This document shows, in pieces, positions 61,825 through 64,000 of a stretch of DNA of 64,000 nucleotides (positions are counted from its first letter, which is position 1; each line of letters starts with the position of its first letter). Location: the NCBI GenBank assembly GCA_963770935.1, contig CAVYRJ010000005.1:28748-92747 (forward strand), written 5' to 3'. The stretch comes from Candidatus Bathyarchaeota archaeon. GTDB lineage: Archaea; Thermoproteota; Bathyarchaeia; Bathyarchaeales; Bathycorpusculaceae. Under the pieces are notes generated by a model. That model did not search any database, had not been told where the DNA came from, and was given only the letters and a program-made list of their open reading frames with translations. The position numbers and the translations under genes are program-made.

Positions 61825-62075
61825 TTAGCAATTAGCTTTTTTTAGACTTATGTTTTATGAATATATAGTCATGATTTTAACTAATTTCTATAGATATCGC
61901 AATTCAGCACTTACTTGCTCTACTAAAATTGTTGTTGATTCAGAGTCTTCAATATATTTTGGTATTTTTCATGCTTGTTGGTTGTATTATGACAACTTTT
62001 GAAAAGGTTAATGTCCACTTTAAATATTGTTCGTGTTTGTTCTGACTGAAGAAAAAAAGAATTGAAATTTTGGGT

Positions 62076-63152
62076 TTAGGTTAACGCAGTGGTTTGATCA
62101 ATGATCTTTGCCATTGGAGCATTCTTCTTCACTGATGCTATTCCAGTTTCAACTGATTGTCTTGATAGGTAGGACTGACTTGCAGCAATTATCTCTCCGT
62201 TAGCAGCCTTTAAGTGGAAACGGAACTTACCAGCAGCATCACACAGAATCTCAAAAGCGGGGTCTTGGACAATTCCAGCAGTATTGGTTCCTTCAGGCAT
62301 TGCACCCGTTGCGAAATCAGTGATCTTAGCGATCGCAGCGTTCTTTTGGATTGAAGCGATGCCTTTTAGAGCGGACTCTTTTTGTCCGTACGATTGGCTT
62401 ACAGCAATTATTTGTCCATTAGTAGCTTTCAGATGGAAACGGAACCTGCAAATAGAGTCATAAAAAACTTCAAAAATGCCTGTCACTTTTGCTGCTACTG
62501 GCATTTGTTCCGTTATGACTTCAGTGGGTGGCAATGGTTCAGGCACTGCCTCAACTACTGGCATCACCTCAGGGATTGGCATTGGCTCAGGGGCTTTTTC
62601 AACTACTGGCATAACTTCTTCAGGCATCGATGTCTCAGGAATTTTTTCAACTATGTGAGCCGTCTTTGTGTGATCCTCCAAAGCTTGCATGGTCAAGAAG
62701 CCCATTCCGCATACAGGACAAGTAAGCTCCATATTTGGCATAAGCACTCTGTCCACAACGTGTACTATGCCGCTTTCTGTTACAATGTCCGTGCTTATAA
62801 TGTGTGCGTCATCATTAATTATCGGATTCATGTGAAGATGCCTCCAACCGGTGCCATGAATCTTTACTTCTTGGCCTTGAACAGTTTTAGCAGTTTTCAT
62901 CAGAGCTATTTCGTCAATCGTAAACTTTCCCGGAATAACATGGTACATGAGAATCGCTTTGAGTTTTGGAATATTCTTCAATAGTTCATCGACTGTGCCT
63001 GCGGGAAGCAATGCAAAAGCACCATCATCTGGCACAAAAATGGTGACTGGGCCTTTATCTTTCAATAATTCAACTAATCCTACTGCTTTTACTGCTGAAA
63101 CAAATGTTTTGAAACCCCCAGCCTCAACAGCAATATCAACTATATCTTCCAT
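62076..63152 (-). CDS. Fasciclin (FAS1) - C2H2 zinc finger - tandem DUF1508 (YegP) fusion protein
   Basis: DIVDIA..TIFVPDDGAF..ILMYHV..GIVHVVDRVLMP; CPVCG...HTKTAH; two copies of FRFHLKAxNGxIIAxSQSY...GIAS..KNA. Confidence 0.85.
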   Translation of the reverse strand: MEDIVDIAVEAGGFKTFVSAVKAVGLVELLKDKGPVTIFVPDDGAFALLPAGTVDELLKNIPKLKAILMYHVIPGKFTIDEIALMKTAKTVQGQEVKIHGTGWRHLHMNPIINDDAHIISTDIVTESGIVHVVDRVLMPNMELTCPVCGMGFLTMQALEDHTKTAHIVEKIPETSMPEEVMPVVEKAPEPMPIPEVMPVVEAVPEPLPPTEVITEQMPVAAKVTGIFEVFYDSICRFRFHLKATNGQIIAVSQSYGQKESALKGIASIQKNAAIAKITDFATGAMPEGTNTAGIVQDPAFEILCDAAGKFRFHLKAANGEIIAASQSYLSRQSVETGIASVKKNAPMAKIIDQTTALT

Positions 63153-63498
63153 TCATTTTCACCTCTTGCAAAAGTTAAACTTACAGTCTGTTAGCGTACT
63201 CTAAGCAAGTTAACTGTGAATAGCTTCACTTAAAAGGAATTGTGATTGTGGTGGAGCAAGCACAAGTTGCATTTTCCTTTTCAATAATTCCTATTTCGGG
63301 TTCGACAATTGCCATAAGGGCTTTGTTTTAGCGCACCAGTCAATAACTTAAGCAATGTTCTATTTTTTCTTGATCCACCATTTATATAAGAACCATAGGA
63401 ACTTCATTGCGCAAATAGGTTATTTTGGGATTCTGTGGGAGATGTATTTTCAGCATAAATTTACCCAATCAAGATTCTATTTTTAACTATAGTTCTTC

Positions 63499-63773
63499 AT
63501 GAAGGGTGAGGAGCTCTCGGCAGAACAGAAAGTATTCAATAGAGCTCTTTTCAAAGACCGGGTGGTTGTGGAGCATACGAATTCTAGGATAAAGAAGTTC
63601 CGCATATGGGGTGATGAGTTTAGGAACAGGCTTAGGCATTATGGGCTTTTGACTGACATAGTTTGTGGTGTAGTTAACTTTCGAATATCCGGTAGTTTAA
63701 TTATCTGAGAAGATACACAAACAAGGGCAAGAGTTACAAAAAATCCAACCAAAATAATAGCGACTAAGGTCTA
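63499..63773 (+). mobile_element. IS5-like (DDE_Tnp_4) transposase C-terminal remnant with possible right end
   Basis: LSAEQKVFNRAL..RVVVEHTNSRIKKFRI...FRNR..IVCGVVNFR matches the C-terminus of this family; the N-terminus is missing. AAGGTCTA at about 63766-63773 may be the terminus. Confidence 0.75.
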
Positions 63774-64000
63774 ATGACATTAGCTTGATCCAACGCCTTG
63801 TCTAGCTCCGCGTCTTCTATGACTGTTTCTCTGTTTTCCCTGAAGGCATTATTACTCACACGAGTCAAAACAATGCATCCATTAAAATTAAGGCAAGAAA
63901 TAATATTTTCAAAAAAGTCTGAAAAATTGAGTTATAATTAAACAAATCAAAAAAAGAAAAAGGGAATAGTTTGTTTGCAGTATAAATTCGTAACTGGAAA

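Overview
Archaeal chromosomal segment, most likely Bathyarchaeia (inference from RadA, single-OB SSB, archaeal ValRS/MetRS, a CdvA-like protein and several large membrane-anchored PQQ-type beta-propeller proteins). It holds about 55 mostly housekeeping CDSs. DNA repair: radA, ssb, uvrB-uvrA-uvrC, dinB, UDG. Translation: valS, metG, rqcH. Cofactor metabolism: nadX, pncB, thiT. It also encodes glycosyltransferases and surface proteins, one tRNA-Lys(UUU), a clear TPP riboswitch and an IS transposase remnant. About ten single-base frameshifts, some in essential genes, look like assembly errors. The most notable items are (1) a thiolase that has lost all its catalytic residues, coupled to a DUF35-HMG-CoA synthase fusion; (2) an archaeal TPP riboswitch controlling thiT plus a PurM-family enzyme; (3) a CysRS paralog with a rewired active site and no anticodon domain; (4) a CdvA-like protein with a very long acidic repeat tail; (5) a fasciclin-C2H2-2xDUF1508 fusion. 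All family calls come from recognised motifs; no database search was run.
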